Shown: positions 50,430-61,997 of the stretch, in pieces | How positions within the stretch are numbered: position 1 is the first letter of the stretch | Layout: the number at the start of each line of letters is the position of its first letter | Source of the DNA: Narcine bancroftii | Lineage: Eukaryota | Direction of reading: 5' to 3' | Assembly (NCBI RefSeq): GCF_036971445.1 | Contig: NC_091480.1 | Location: 87,110,001 to 87,174,000, forward strand | Length of the DNA: 64,000 nucleotides | The notes under the pieces: generated by a model | Databases searched by the model: none | The model's input: only the letters and a program-made list of their open reading frames with translations | Told to the model about the DNA's origin: nothing | Position numbers and translations under genes: made by a program

Positions 50430-51280
50430 TGTGCACCATAAGGATGCCCACTGCTCTACTCATCTTACACTCATGTTTGCGTGGCCAGGCACAATCCAAC
50501 TGCCATCTCCAAATACGCCGATGACAGCACAGATGCTGGAAGAATCACCGACAGCGATGCGCAGGAAGGAGATAGATCAACTAGTTGAGTGGTGTCACAG
50601 CAACAAGATTGCACTCAACATTAGCAAACCCAAAGAGATGATTGTGGACTTCAGGAAGGGGAAACCAGGAGAATATGAACCAGTCCTCATCGAGGAGTCA
50701 GCAGTGGAAAGGGTCCTTGGGTGTCAACATCTCTGAAAGGATCTGCCCTGGGTCCTCCAAGTCAATCCAATCATGAAGAAGACTCACCAGCGGCTATACT
50801 TTATGAGGAGTTTGAGGAGATTTGGTATGTCACCGAAGACTCTTGCAAATTTCTACAGGTGGACTAAAGAGAGTATACTAATTGGTTGCATTACTAGTAT
50901 GAAGGTACCAATGCACAGGAAAAAATTACAGTTGAAAGCTCAGCCAGTGCCATCATGGGATCAGTCTCCTCCCCATTGAGGATGTCTACAAGAAGCAGTG
51001 TCTTAAGAAAGCAGCCTCTATCCTCAAGGACCCTCACCACCCAGGCCACGCCCTCTATCACTCTGCTGCCATTAGGAAGGAGGTACAGGAGCCTGAAAAT
51101 GAACACAAGGACAGCTTCTTCTCCTCTGCCATCAGATTTCTGAAAGGACAATGAACCACAGATAATACTTCACTTCCTCTGTTATTTGCAATCATTTACT
51201 TTTAAATGCAATTTTTAGCAATATTTGCACAGTAAGGCCACAGAACAATTGGCTTCATGACCTGTTCATGAAAATAAAAG
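50430..51280 (+). mobile_element. Rex1/Babar LINE 3' fragment
   Basis: LVEWCHSN..LNISKPKEMIVDFRK; QRLYFMRSLRRFGMS..LANFYR; LLPLGRRYRSLK. Confidence 0.9.
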
Positions 51281-51634
51281 ACCAGTTGCAATGAACCACT
51301 TCTGAAAATTGCCACAGGAAGACCTGAAACTGTCAGTTATCTCATCAAAGATGCAAAATGAATGTGGCAGCAGGCTTCCATTTCTACTGCTATGGTTCCT
51401 TCCACTCATCCAACAGGGAGATCTACCACATCAATCAGGGAGCCAAGGATTCAGAAGGTGATAAGCCAGTCTCTTCCATATAACAACTGATTGCATCTCT
51501 TCAGAGTAAAGCGAAGCCTATCAATGTCCAAATACAACTCGAGTTCCCCAGGGTAGAAAGAGTATCCAGAAATGTGTGCACTGTTCATTTTAAATTTATT
51601 TTTTCTTCATACAAATAAGACTTTTGTGCCAACT

Positions 51635-51855
51635 TTTACCATTTAATGAGCAACATCTACTGTTTCCCAGGGCGGAAAATTCCACAGATTCACTACTCGA
51701 TGGGAAAACCAGCTCCTTCTCATCTAACCTAAATCTACTCCCCCAAATCTCGAGGCTATGTCCCCCACTTCTGGTCTCAATGACCTCTGGAGACAACTTC
51801 CTTATCTCCATTTTATTTCATAATTTTACATATTTCTGTAAGATCCCCTCTTTAA
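51635..51855 (-). mobile_element. CR1 3' fragment
   Basis: ETRSGGHSLEIWGSRFR, with a decayed RVVNLWNSLP. Confidence 0.75.
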
Positions 51856-52274
51856 ATTTAAAGATTCCACCTCCATGTCTTAACTCCTTATTTGTCTAAG
51901 GAATAATAGATTCCTCATTCTCCCTAAAATCCTCTTGCAATAATTGAAGACATTGTTTTATAATGGGGACGCTCCCAACAATTTTCATGTGAATTATGGC
52001 TTTAAGTTATAAAATTATCACAAAGCAACAGAAATGTGGATTAAATTTCAACCCTAACTCAATTATAGACTGTTAACTATTTCCCTAAATTAGATTAGTG
52101 ATAATTCTTAAAGTGTTGGTTCTAAAGCACTGTGGAAATTTTGAGGTTCTGAAAAGATGTTTGTTGATGGATATTTTACTCCTTAACTAACTGGTTCAAA
52201 AAAAAAATGGTTAACTTTCTGTGCCATACGGGTACAATACACAGATCAGGGAAATTATCTGAAAAGTTTTTTTT

Positions 52275-52430
52275 AAATATAAATACAGCCCGTCCCACCC
52301 AAATACACCAATTAACCTACAAACCCATACATTTTTGAATGGAAGGAGGAAACCCATGGAAGTAATGGAGAAAACATTCAAACTCCTTACAGACAACGCT
52401 GGGATCAAACCCAGGTTTTGGTTCGGCTTT
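52275..52430 (-). mobile_element. tRNA-derived SINE
   Basis: ccaattaacctacaaaccc..ggaggaaaccc..aaactccttacagacaacgctgggatcaaaccc. Confidence 0.75.
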
Positions 52431-52924
52431 GTTACTGAGCTCCCACAGAAAGACCGTCTTTGCATCATCTTCCTGACCCTCCACTTATCGTTTGCCAGAC
52501 ACCATTATATTTTTTCCCCCCCGGACCTGTAGACTCCCCTCATCTGCTTGATTTCTCTCATTATTCTTGTTCAGCTGGCTATCCCAACCTCAAAATCCTC
52601 CCACTAGCTCCTCTGCAGTGAGTCTTTAAATGTTGCTCACGATGCTCGAAAGAATGCAATCCACTACAGCAGCAGTTTAGGGAGCACTGGGTTTAGAAAA
52701 TTCATTCAGCCCGGCCACAAAGGCCCCGGGAAGATGGTACAAACTCCTTTCAGACAGCGCCAGATTCGAACCCTGGTCACTGGCACTGCAAAAGTGTCGC
52801 GCGAACCACTGCATCAACTGTTATCAGAGCGTGCAGCAGTGGCAATCCTTTCAGCAGTATTTAGGTTCCTGCTCCTCCTCCTCACTTCCAAAGCTCACCA
52901 TGGGTCTCTCCCTTGTCCTCGTGC

Positions 52925-53350
52925 ATGGCATGGTTAGCATAGAGGGCAGCATGGCTATTGTAGCAGTTAGTGCTACTGTGGTGATACGACCACCAGCCTA
53001 CTGCAGGAGGTGATCTCTGTACCTGCAGGAAGACCACCTAAGGGGCTGACTCCACCTGGCCACTGCCAATCACACGGGGAGCCACCAAGGAACGAACATG
53101 GTGTTCGGACTTTTACTGGAATAAAGCCTGTTCTACAGTCTTTCAAGTTTTGTGCTTGCTCACTGCTACCTCAGCGCTCCATAGCCGTGCCGTTACTGTG
53201 CCAGAAACTGGGGTTCAAACTCCAAGGACTTTGTATGTTCTCTCCTTGGGGTGTTCCCACTGTTCAAAACAATTGTAGGTCAATTGGGTGGCATCGGCTT
53301 GAGTGTCGAAAGGACCTGTTACCATGCTGTATGTCTAAATTTTTTTTTTT
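52925..53350 (+). mobile_element. tRNA-derived SINE split by a short solo LTR (52977-53183)
   Basis: SINE head gtagcagttagtgctac; LTR TGTGGTG..AATAAAG..cagcgctccata; SINE resumes at gccgttactgtgccag..ggggttcaaactcc. Confidence 0.72.
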
Positions 53351-53659
53351 AATTAAAATGATGTTTTAACTGCTTTCAGACACCTTAGCCCATTTCACTA
53401 CTCAACTGGAATGCTCTCTGGGTTAACAAAGGCCCGCAAAATGCATAGTACTTCCTTTTGTATTCATTTAGAGTGCTCTACATTACTGTAATACCGATTG
53501 AAGTATCTGCTCCATTATATTTACATTCCATTGCTGCTCTCATTGTGACTTAGCAACAACCAAAAGGCTCGCCCATAATCTTCCAGCAGGATTCAATTTA
53601 ATTTGCAGGAGCCTTGAAATAGCATGGACATCATGGGTTGTCACGTGATCAACACAGAC

Positions 53660-53940
53660 CATAGAATATTACAGGCCCTTCACCCCAAAACATGTATTCC
53701 TACCTCAAATCTGTGCAGAAAGCTCACAAGGCATATTTTATAATCCAGGCAACATCCTGGTAAATCTTATCTGTACCCTCTCCACATCTTTCCTGTAATG
53801 AGGTGGCCAGAACTGAACACTATGATCCAGTGTGGTCTCAAACAGAGATTTATAGAGCTGCAACATTACCTCACCTCTCCTGAACGCAATCCATCGACTA
53901 AAGAAGCCCAGCAGGCCAAAGGCCTTCTTAAATGTACTTT
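53660..53940 (-). mobile_element. CR1 fragment
   Basis: KKAFGLLGF..EVMLQLYKSL..VQFWPPHYRKDVERVQIRFTRMLPGL. Confidence 0.88.
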
Positions 53941-53977
53941 CATGACTCTTACCAGGTTGCTCACAACTCAAATTTAA

Positions 53978-54220
53978 GGGCGGCACAGTTGTGTCACAAT
54001 TAGCACAACGCTGTTGCAGCGCCAGTGGCCAGGGTTCGGATCCTGCGTTGCAGGTTCGTATATTCTCCCTGTGTCTGAGTGGGTTTCCACTGGGCAGTCT
54101 GGTTTCATCCCACCTTCCAAAAATATGCGGGGTTAGTAGGTGAGTCAGGTATAATTGGTCGGCACAGTCTCGTGGGTCAGTAGAGCCTGCTGTACATCCA
54201 AATTCAAAAATTTAAATTAT
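53978..54220 (+). mobile_element. tRNA-derived SINE
   Basis: gggcggcacagtt..gggttcggatcc (B box)..gggtttcc..ggtttcatcccaccttcc, AT tail. Confidence 0.85.
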
Positions 54221-54312
54221 AAACATTCATGAGGCTTTGGTGCTAACTTTTACCATTTCATGAGGCAGCCTCTACCGTTTCCTTGGGCAGAGAACTCCAC
54301 AGATTTACTACT

Positions 54313-54793
54313 TGTCATGATAATGAATATGTATGAGATGTACCGGAAGTCACGTGGTATGAGAGAGAGATAAGAGCACAAGCAGGAGAACAAAGGAAAC
54401 CGGAAAGTGCCCAAACGATACGAAGACTTTGTGCCATAGTTTTAATAAGAACTTTGGGACAGTATTTTAATCTTATATCATAAAGTGCATGTATGAGTGC
54501 TGTAGGAAGTAAACTTTATGTAGTTGAGTTATAGTATTACCATTAGTTACGATGTTTGTATGTTTCCGAGGGATATTGGTAAGTGAAGGTAAAGTTTATT
54601 TCTGATTAAAGGAGGGATGTCATGATAATGAATATGTATAAGATGTACCGGAAGTCACGTGGTATGAGAGAGAGATAAGAGCACAAGCAGGAGAACAAAG
54701 GAAACCGGAGAATAAAAAGACACTAAGAAGTTTACCTGATAAACTTGTGTTTAATGTTTTATTAACTTCACATTTCGGGCCACAAATGTGACA
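54313..54793 (+). mobile_element. Internally deleted Gypsy-like LTR retrotransposon (481 bp)
   Basis: 5' LTR piece 54313-54404; pol-like end NRKVPKRYEDFVP*; PPT aaaggaggga at 54608-54617; full 3' LTR 54618-54793 (TGT..ACA); perfect TSD ctact. Confidence 0.92.
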
Positions 54794-54888
54794 CTACTCA
54801 CTGAGAAAAGCAGTTCCTTCTCCTCTCTGTCCTAACTACGCCCCTGAATCTTGAGTCCATGTCCCCTAGTTCTAGTCTCATGTACCAA

Positions 54889-54995
54889 TGCTATTCAATT
54901 CAAGGCCAAAGGTTCATACATGAAAAGCTTCTTTTTGGGTTATTGAACCTGGTATTAGTACATTTAACGTGAATTCATAAATCTAATCTTTCAAC
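54889..54995 (+). repeat. Local duplicate of 55567-55674 embedded in the CR1
   Basis: 107 vs 108 bp, with 3 substitutions and 1 indel. Confidence 0.95.
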
Positions 54996-56787
54996 CACTG
55001 TCTTATCTCTATTTTACTTCACAATTTTAAATATTTCTATAAGACCACCCCCTCCTCCCCCTTTCTAAATTCTATCCAATGGAGTCGCAGGTGACTTGAT
55101 CTCTCCTCATAGGCTAACCCCCTCATCTCCTGAATCAACCTGATGAACTTCCTCTTCAAAGTCAGTGATTCCTTTCTCAAGTATGTAGACCAGGATAAAA
55201 GTCAAATTAAAAGTATTATTTGTCTAATGCCATGGTAATTAAAATTCACTTCTAAGGTGTTGTACCTCAGCACAACAAAAGCTTATATTAGGAAACTAAA
55301 ATGGGAAATAAATTAAACTCCAATCTCACTAACACCTTTAATAATTCAATTTATTTTTCATTTAAAACATCGCACTGCAGACCTCAAGCACAAGTGAACT
55401 CGTATAATTCACAGCACAAGAATTCTTTTCTATTTTAAGTACACTCTACTCGGTCTCTCAAATGGGTCTCATATCCCAAGGATAGTTATATTAAAAGCCA
55501 GAGAATTCCATCTGTGAATCTATACAAATCTGTTGAAATGCCACAAAAGCCAACATTTGTTCAGCCTGCTATTCAATTCAAGGCCAAAGGTTCATACATG
55601 AAAAGCCTCTTTTTGGGTTATTGAACCTGGAATTAGTACAATTTAATGTGAATTCATAAATCTAATCTTTCAACTTCCAGAGTTTCCACAGTAAAACAAT
55701 GCACCTACAAAGCATCTTGCCTGGGTGATAGATCAAAATGAAATAAAGATTTTGCCTTAAAAAAATCAAACCCCAATCAACATAAGAGGAAATACAAGAA
55801 CCTTTGAGATCAAGGTCATATTTGTGAAATTCTTAATTTATTAATTGAAAAATAAATAAGAAGTTAAAAATGAAACTCTTCTATATTGCTATTAACATAT
55901 TTCCATTCTGCAACTCAGTCCTTTCCAAGTCCCCGGTAGTCACTGACAATTTTTAACTCTATTAATAATGTTTTCATATCACATTTTGATAAAATTCAAG
56001 TCAGTTGTGCTTAGAAAGGCATTTAACAGTAATGCATTACATTGTATACTGTACTTTTACAAGTGTTCTGGTTATTTAGTGAAAGCTAGTTCTTATAATA
56101 TTTCAGGGCCTTCACATTGACAAACTATGTTTAAGTCCAAAGCTGATGTTAACTAATTAATTAATGGACAAGGGAGAATTATGTTACAGAATTGAGTTAC
56201 TGATTCGTCATGATCTCATCAAAAGATTGGGCTGGCAAAAAGGGGTGAATGGCTTTTCTCTTTTTGCCCTCCCCCCTCCATTTTTCCATTGTTTCTAGAA
56301 TGGTGCATTGAAAACATTTTCTCCAGTTTAGTGGGCCTGGCTACTGCCCTCTGGTTTTCCATGTTCCCATTGGTCAGTCTCAAACTCAAATTATTCTTTG
56401 ATGAAGAGTGCATTTCCTTCTTTTCGCTGACTTTCTTTGGATATCGATTCTTTCATGGATACAAAAATATTTATACAGAATATCACCACTCTGACCTTCA
56501 CTGCAGTAAATTGCATGATTTTCTGTCTCACTGTTACACATTTCCCTTGGTTCAACTCAGCTGACACAATATTTGTATTGAAATAATCTTGCCCAATATG
56601 CTTCACGATTGAATTTACATTTGCTCTATTCAAATTCTACTGTGTATTTTGTGTTTACACAATTGGCATTGCTAACCAATACAAAATTCTAAAATAATTA
56701 AGTTTTTTTATTTAATAAATGCAAAAACAGAATAGACTTTCCACAAATAAAATAGAATACTGTTGTGGTTTCGATAGATTTATAACT

Positions 56788-57222
56788 ATTAACTTTTATT
56801 GAATTGCATAATGATGCGGAAACCTTGTGTTAGTTCAAGTGACCTAAAAAATGTTTTGCTGCTGAATTTTGTTTGTACTCAGCATCTGATGCCTCTCAGG
56901 TCAGTGTCAAACAATAATTGGCCAGCATTAATGGATCCCAGTTGTCCTAATTCCACTTTTCCATGGTCCCAATGTCCTGATGAAACCTTTCACCGTGTTC
57001 ATCACTGACTGCACCAAGATCAGCCGGGAAGACACGTTGCACTTCATGGTTTCACATGCTTCAAGTAGACTGAAAATATGACAAGAAATCACAAAAATAG
57101 GTTATATCGTAAAAAAAAAAGGTTTGCGAGAGGAAAACTTGAAGGTGATTTTCCTGATCAGCAGCCAAAATCCATAAAAAACACCCAAAAGTGTCCAGGA
57201 AGTAAAGCTTTGTTGTCCAATG
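56788..57222 (-). mobile_element. Chapaev3-like DNA transposon, internally deleted, with a transposase C-terminal remnant
   Basis: Minus strand LLEACETMKCNVS / FPADLGAVSDEHGERFHQDIGTMEKWN*DNWDPLMLANYCLTLT*EASDAEYKQNSAAKHF. Terminus ca(t)tggacaacaaa is flanked by TAA. Confidence 0.8.
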
Positions 57223-57323
57223 TAATTTGCAATTTGTGGGTGATTGCTAAATGTAAATTAGGTATACATTCCTACTTAAAGATAGTCACTGCAAAAAAAT
57301 GCTAATGAAGTCCTTGGAACCCA

Positions 57324-57397
57324 GGCTCTGATAGCTCAGTGGTTAGAGCACTGATCTTGTAAACCAGGGGTTGAGAGTTTGTTCCTTGCTGGAGCCT
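57324..57397 (+). pseudogene. tRNA-Thr(TGT)-derived sequence (pseudogene or SINE head)
   Basis: GGCTCTGATAGCTCAGTGGTTAGAGCACTGATCT-TGT-AAACCAGGGGTTGAGAGTTTGTTCCTTGCTGGAGCCT. The A box is intact; the anticodon stem has an A-C mismatch and the T-loop is TTTGTT instead of TTCRAN. Confidence 0.85.
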
Positions 57398-58004
57398 CAT
57401 TTCTGCGAGGGGCGCTGGACAAAGTGGCAACTCTGTCTTCCTCATGCATGTTACATTCTAAACATGACAGTAATGGAACCTTTACATCTGTAATCAGGAA
57501 TGATGCATCATGAGTACAAAGTTGTCTTGCTTTTATGTTGCTGGATAAGATTTGTAAAGATTTTGATTAATAATCCTGAAAGCTTACTTGAATTCTACCA
57601 TGGTAGCTTGAAAATGTAAATAGTTTAAAAGAGTTTGCATTTCATACTTTAATTATAAAAGGTGACTGTTAGCTTGTCAGGCAACAAATGAGAGAGAGAG
57701 AGCCATTAAATTTAAGGAAATAAATCAGGCATCAGTCCTCATGAAAGCCAGTGTGCTCCAGAACTCCAGCAATTTCCCTCTAAATCCCAATTTACAAAAA
57801 AAAAAGGGCAAATCCCAATTTCCCTCCAAACATTTTTTTTGGTTCAGGCAGTGAAGGAAGTGTTTGGCATCTATCTTTTTATTTACTATCTCTTTTTAAT
57901 GGATGTGATTTTTTTGCTTTGAGAAGTACCCGCCAGCTGCTGTGCATACGTACATTGTACAACGTAAATGACAATGCTCTCCCCATCACGGTCTTCATCA
58001 GTCA

Positions 58005-58230
58005 CAACATTCAGTGGACAAGTTGGGATGTCAGGCTACAACTACACAGGACAGTGGCATATTGTGCACAGGTCTGGTCACCCAGTTAAGGGAAGTACAG
58101 TATGTCATTAAGCTGGGAGGTTATAATAAAAATTCACAGGGATATTACTGGGACTACAGGCCTTGAGTGTTGAGGAGAGACTGGGGTTTCCCACCCCCCA
58201 TCCCAAGTGTAGGAGGCTGAAGAGTGACTC
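58005..58230 (+). mobile_element. CR1 fragment, old
   Basis: tattgtgcacaggtctggtcaccc..attcacagggatattactgggact..aggaggctgaagagtgac. Confidence 0.65.
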
Positions 58231-59245
58231 AAATTGGGTTCCAGGAGAAGCAGTAGCGACGATCACTGCTCCAAACAGATCGTTCAACTGATCAGCTGGA
58301 ATTTCAATGGCACTAATAGAATTTGCATCTCACCACTCAGTCTATGGATACAAATAAATAAATCTCCGACCTGGCATGGAGGTGACTGAGGGTCCTTAAA
58401 GCAGATGAGTGTCATCTGCAAGTCCTCAGCAGTCGGTTATGTCCACTGTGGTGAAATCTCCCATTTCACCCAGAGCTAATGTTAATTTAAGCCACCTGTC
58501 AGGATTTACGATTCATGTATTTCAAATACAATTGCACTTTCAATCTTAAAGTGGTATTTCAGGTCGCATTAAACTGTACATAAAAATGTCTACAGAATTA
58601 ACCAATTGCCCTTTGGTTGATCACAAACAGTTCAGCTGATCAGACACAGCAGTCAGATTCAAGACTCGGAAGTAAAGCCTGAAAGTCCTCAGACACCACT
58701 ATTGAAACACACACAATGTTGGAGAAGATTTCTTCAGCCATTATGCTTTTGCTGAAAGTCTCAGTTTCTTTGAACACTGACCTAACCCTGTACTACTCTA
58801 TGCAGTATGAGACCGAAGGCCAGTCACTAAATAAACCATCACTGAGACAGTGGTGGTGGTGACCTTGTGCTGCAGGAGACCTCTATAAAAGGTTTTTTTT
58901 TGGACTGATTCCACCTCCGATTGGTGAGCTGCTTGTCTTGCAAAGAGTATTTACAGAAATAATTTGCAGCCATCAAGTTTATACGAGTTCTTCTCTGGCA
59001 GCCAACTGCTGCCCTTTGTTGTCTCTCTGTTCATTACCCAAACTATTTCTGACTTGTAAATCTGTTATCAAATATTATTCATCTGATTTAGTTCTGTTGC
59101 AAGTTTAGCCAGCTCTGGAGAAACATACAATTTTCAGGTCAACTGAATGCTAGGTCACCAAACAGTTTGATCATATTTTGGTTATCCACTACATCTCCCT
59201 GTTCACCATCTTATTAGCGACTGATCATCTGTCTTCACTCCCTGA

Positions 59246-60865
59246 TTAACTTAACGACATCTATGCCTGATTCAACCACAAGAATAAGAAAGAACCACCA
59301 AGGTATATCCCCAGGTCCCCTGATGATCCTCTTATGTCTGTATCTGAGGATGACGTGCGGGCTGTCTTCAGGAGAAGGAAATCAAAACTGTGAATTAAAA
59401 CAGAATTGAAACTCTGAGCCAACCAACTTAGCAACGTATTCACGGATTTTTTCAACATCTCACTCCGGCATGGCACTCACGTTTCAAAGAGGCTTCAATC
59501 GTTCAGGTGCCCGTGAAGAGTATGGTAACCTGCCAAAATAGCCATCAACCAGTGGCACTCACATTAACAGTGATGAAGGTGTTTTGAAAGGCTGGTGTTT
59601 CAGCACGTCAGCTCCTGTCTGAGCAGCCGCATGGATCTGTTAAACATTGCCTTTCGTGGCAACAGATTTATGGTGGATGCCATCTTACTGAGTTTACACA
59701 AAGCCCTGGAACATCTGGAGAGCAAAGATACATTCAGGTTGCTCTTTATTGACTAGTGTTCAGCATCCAACACCATCATTCCCTCAAAACTGATCAGCAA
59801 ACTTCAAGACCTTAGAATCAATACCCCTTTGTGTATTTGGATCCTTGATTTTGTCACCTACAGACCACAATCAGTGAGAATTGATAAGAATAACTCCTCT
59901 ACAATCTCCATCAGTACCAAAGCACCACAGGGCTGCCTTCTTACCCCCTGCTCTACTCATTTTACACCTATGGCTGTGTGGCTCACCACGACAACACCAT
60001 CCACAAATTCACTGACTATACCACAGTATTGGTCTGTATAAGAAGGGGCAATGAGTCAGCATATAGGAGGGAGATTGAAAATAACATCGCACTCAATGTC
60101 ACCAAACCAAAGAGCTGATTGTTGACTTCAGGAAGGGAAAACCATACATCTACGATCTAGTGATCACTGGGGGAAATCAAAAGTGGAGAGGGAGAGCAAA
60201 TTTAAGTTCTTGGAAGTCATCTCAGAGGATCTTTCCTGGAGCCAACACACTAATGGTATAGTGAAGAAAGCACTCATCCCCATACTCAAGGAGTATGCAG
60301 AGGTTTGGTATGACACTAGAAACTCTGGCAAATTTCTATAGATCAGTGGTGGAAAATGTGCTGACCAGCTGCACCACTGTCTGGTATGGGGACACTAATA
60401 CCCCTGAGAATAAAGCCCTACAAAAGAAAGGGGACACAGCCTGCGACATCACAGGCAAATCCCTTCCCACCACTGAGAACATCTACAGGGAACACTGCCA
60501 TCAGAAGGCAGCAGCAAGCATCAAGGATCCCCACCACTCAGCACATGCTCTGTTCTTGCTGCTGCCATCAGGAGAGAGGTATCGGTGCCACAAGACTCGC
60601 ACCACCAGGTTCAGGAACAGCTGCTACCCCTCCACCATCCGACCCTCAGCTACAAATCAGGACTCATTTAAAGACTCCTACACTTCTTTTTTCCTCTTCC
60701 CTGTATTGCACAGTGGTTTACATTCATTTATTTGTTTACATATGTACATTATGTACAGTTTTCTTTTGCACTACCATAAAGTGCTAATTCTGTCTGGCCT
60801 GCAGGAAAAAGAACCTTCAGGGTTGTATGTGATGTCATGTATGTACTCGGATTATAAATCTGAAA
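59246..60865 (+). mobile_element. Rex1/Babar LINE, 1.6-kb 3' portion
   Basis: [26 protein letters not shown]; RFGMT..LANFYRSVVENVLT..IKDPHHSAHALF.LLPSGERYR..RFRNSCYP. Confidence 0.93.
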
Positions 60866-61069
60866 TCGGAGCTTTAGGATCCATACACATGAGATGACAC
60901 ACTAATTGGCTTTTGCAATAAGATGTGTGCTGGAAACATGAACTGCTTTATATTCTGTGCCATAAAAATGGCAGACCACACTCTATAATGCAAATCAAAG
61001 TGCCTCTCAGTCTGATGTATTGAGCCTTCTTCACAGCATATGAAGGAGTCACGAGTGAGAGAATAATGT

Positions 61070-61925
61070 CATCAAGTCACCTTTTTTTATTGTTCATACC
61101 ATGCTCGCTTGGGAAAGATGAGGTAGCGTTTCTCCAGGACCACAGTCTATATTTACATATATACAACTTAAAAGTTAAAGACATTGAAATATTAAGACAG
61201 ATGCAGTAACAGTCCGTGGTACACTATCCACATATGTTCTGGGAATTCAGGAGCCTGATAGCTTGGTGGAGGGGGTGGGGGGGAACTGTTGCCCAATCTA
61301 GATGCAAGGATCTGAGTGCTACAGTACCTCCTACCAGATGGCAGAGGGAGACTGTTTACATGAGGGGTGTGGAGTCCTTCACAAATTTATTGCCTTTTGC
61401 CTGCATCAAGTGTTGAGGATGTCCTTCACGGTAGGAAGAAAGCCCCCAATGATCTTTTCCACCAACTTCACTATCCTCTGCAGGGCCTTGCGGTCCGAGG
61501 AGGTACAGCTTCCAAACCAGGCGGTGATGCAGTTGCACAGGATGTTCTCAATACATCCTCTGGTGAATGTAGTGAGAATGGAAGGTGGGAGATAATCTTT
61601 CCTCGGGCTTCGAAGGAAGTGGCTTTCTTGGCTATGGAACTGGTGTTAAAGGGATCAGGTGAGATTCTCCGCCAGGCGCACTCCAAGGAACTTGATATTC
61701 TTGACGACCTCAATGGTCGAGCCTTCAATAGTCAGCCGACCGTGGTCCCTCCATGACCTCCTGAAGTCAACAGCCATCTCTTTTGCTTTATATTTTAAAA
61801 ATACATTGAGATACAGGTTGTTGGCACTGCAGCAGTCTGTTAGCAACTCCTGAATGACATCTTCTCATCCTTACTAATAAAGCCCCCCCCCCATGGTCAT
61901 GTCGTCACCAAGGAACTTGGTGCTC
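61070..61925 (-). mobile_element. Rex1/Babar LINE 3' fragment
   Basis: KAKEMAVDFRR..LTIEGSTIEVVKNIKFLGVRLAENLT, with a tail at ~61072-61090. Confidence 0.88.
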
Positions 61926-61997
61926 TCCACACTCTCTAATCTACCTCTAATATTATGGTTAAGTTGAATACAGGAATATAGAGGCACTAAGTGCACA

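Larger units (their letters stand above)
54260..55190 (-). mobile_element. CR1 3' fragment carrying two secondary insertions
   Basis: gcagcctctaccgtttccttgggcagagaactccacagatttactact|..|cactgagaaaagcagttcc; collinear with 63024-63250. Confidence 0.82.

Noticed and set aside
57324-57397. Functional tRNA-Thr gene
   Set aside because: Anticodon-stem mismatch, destroyed T-loop/B box and a repeat-like tail; called a pseudogene or SINE head instead.
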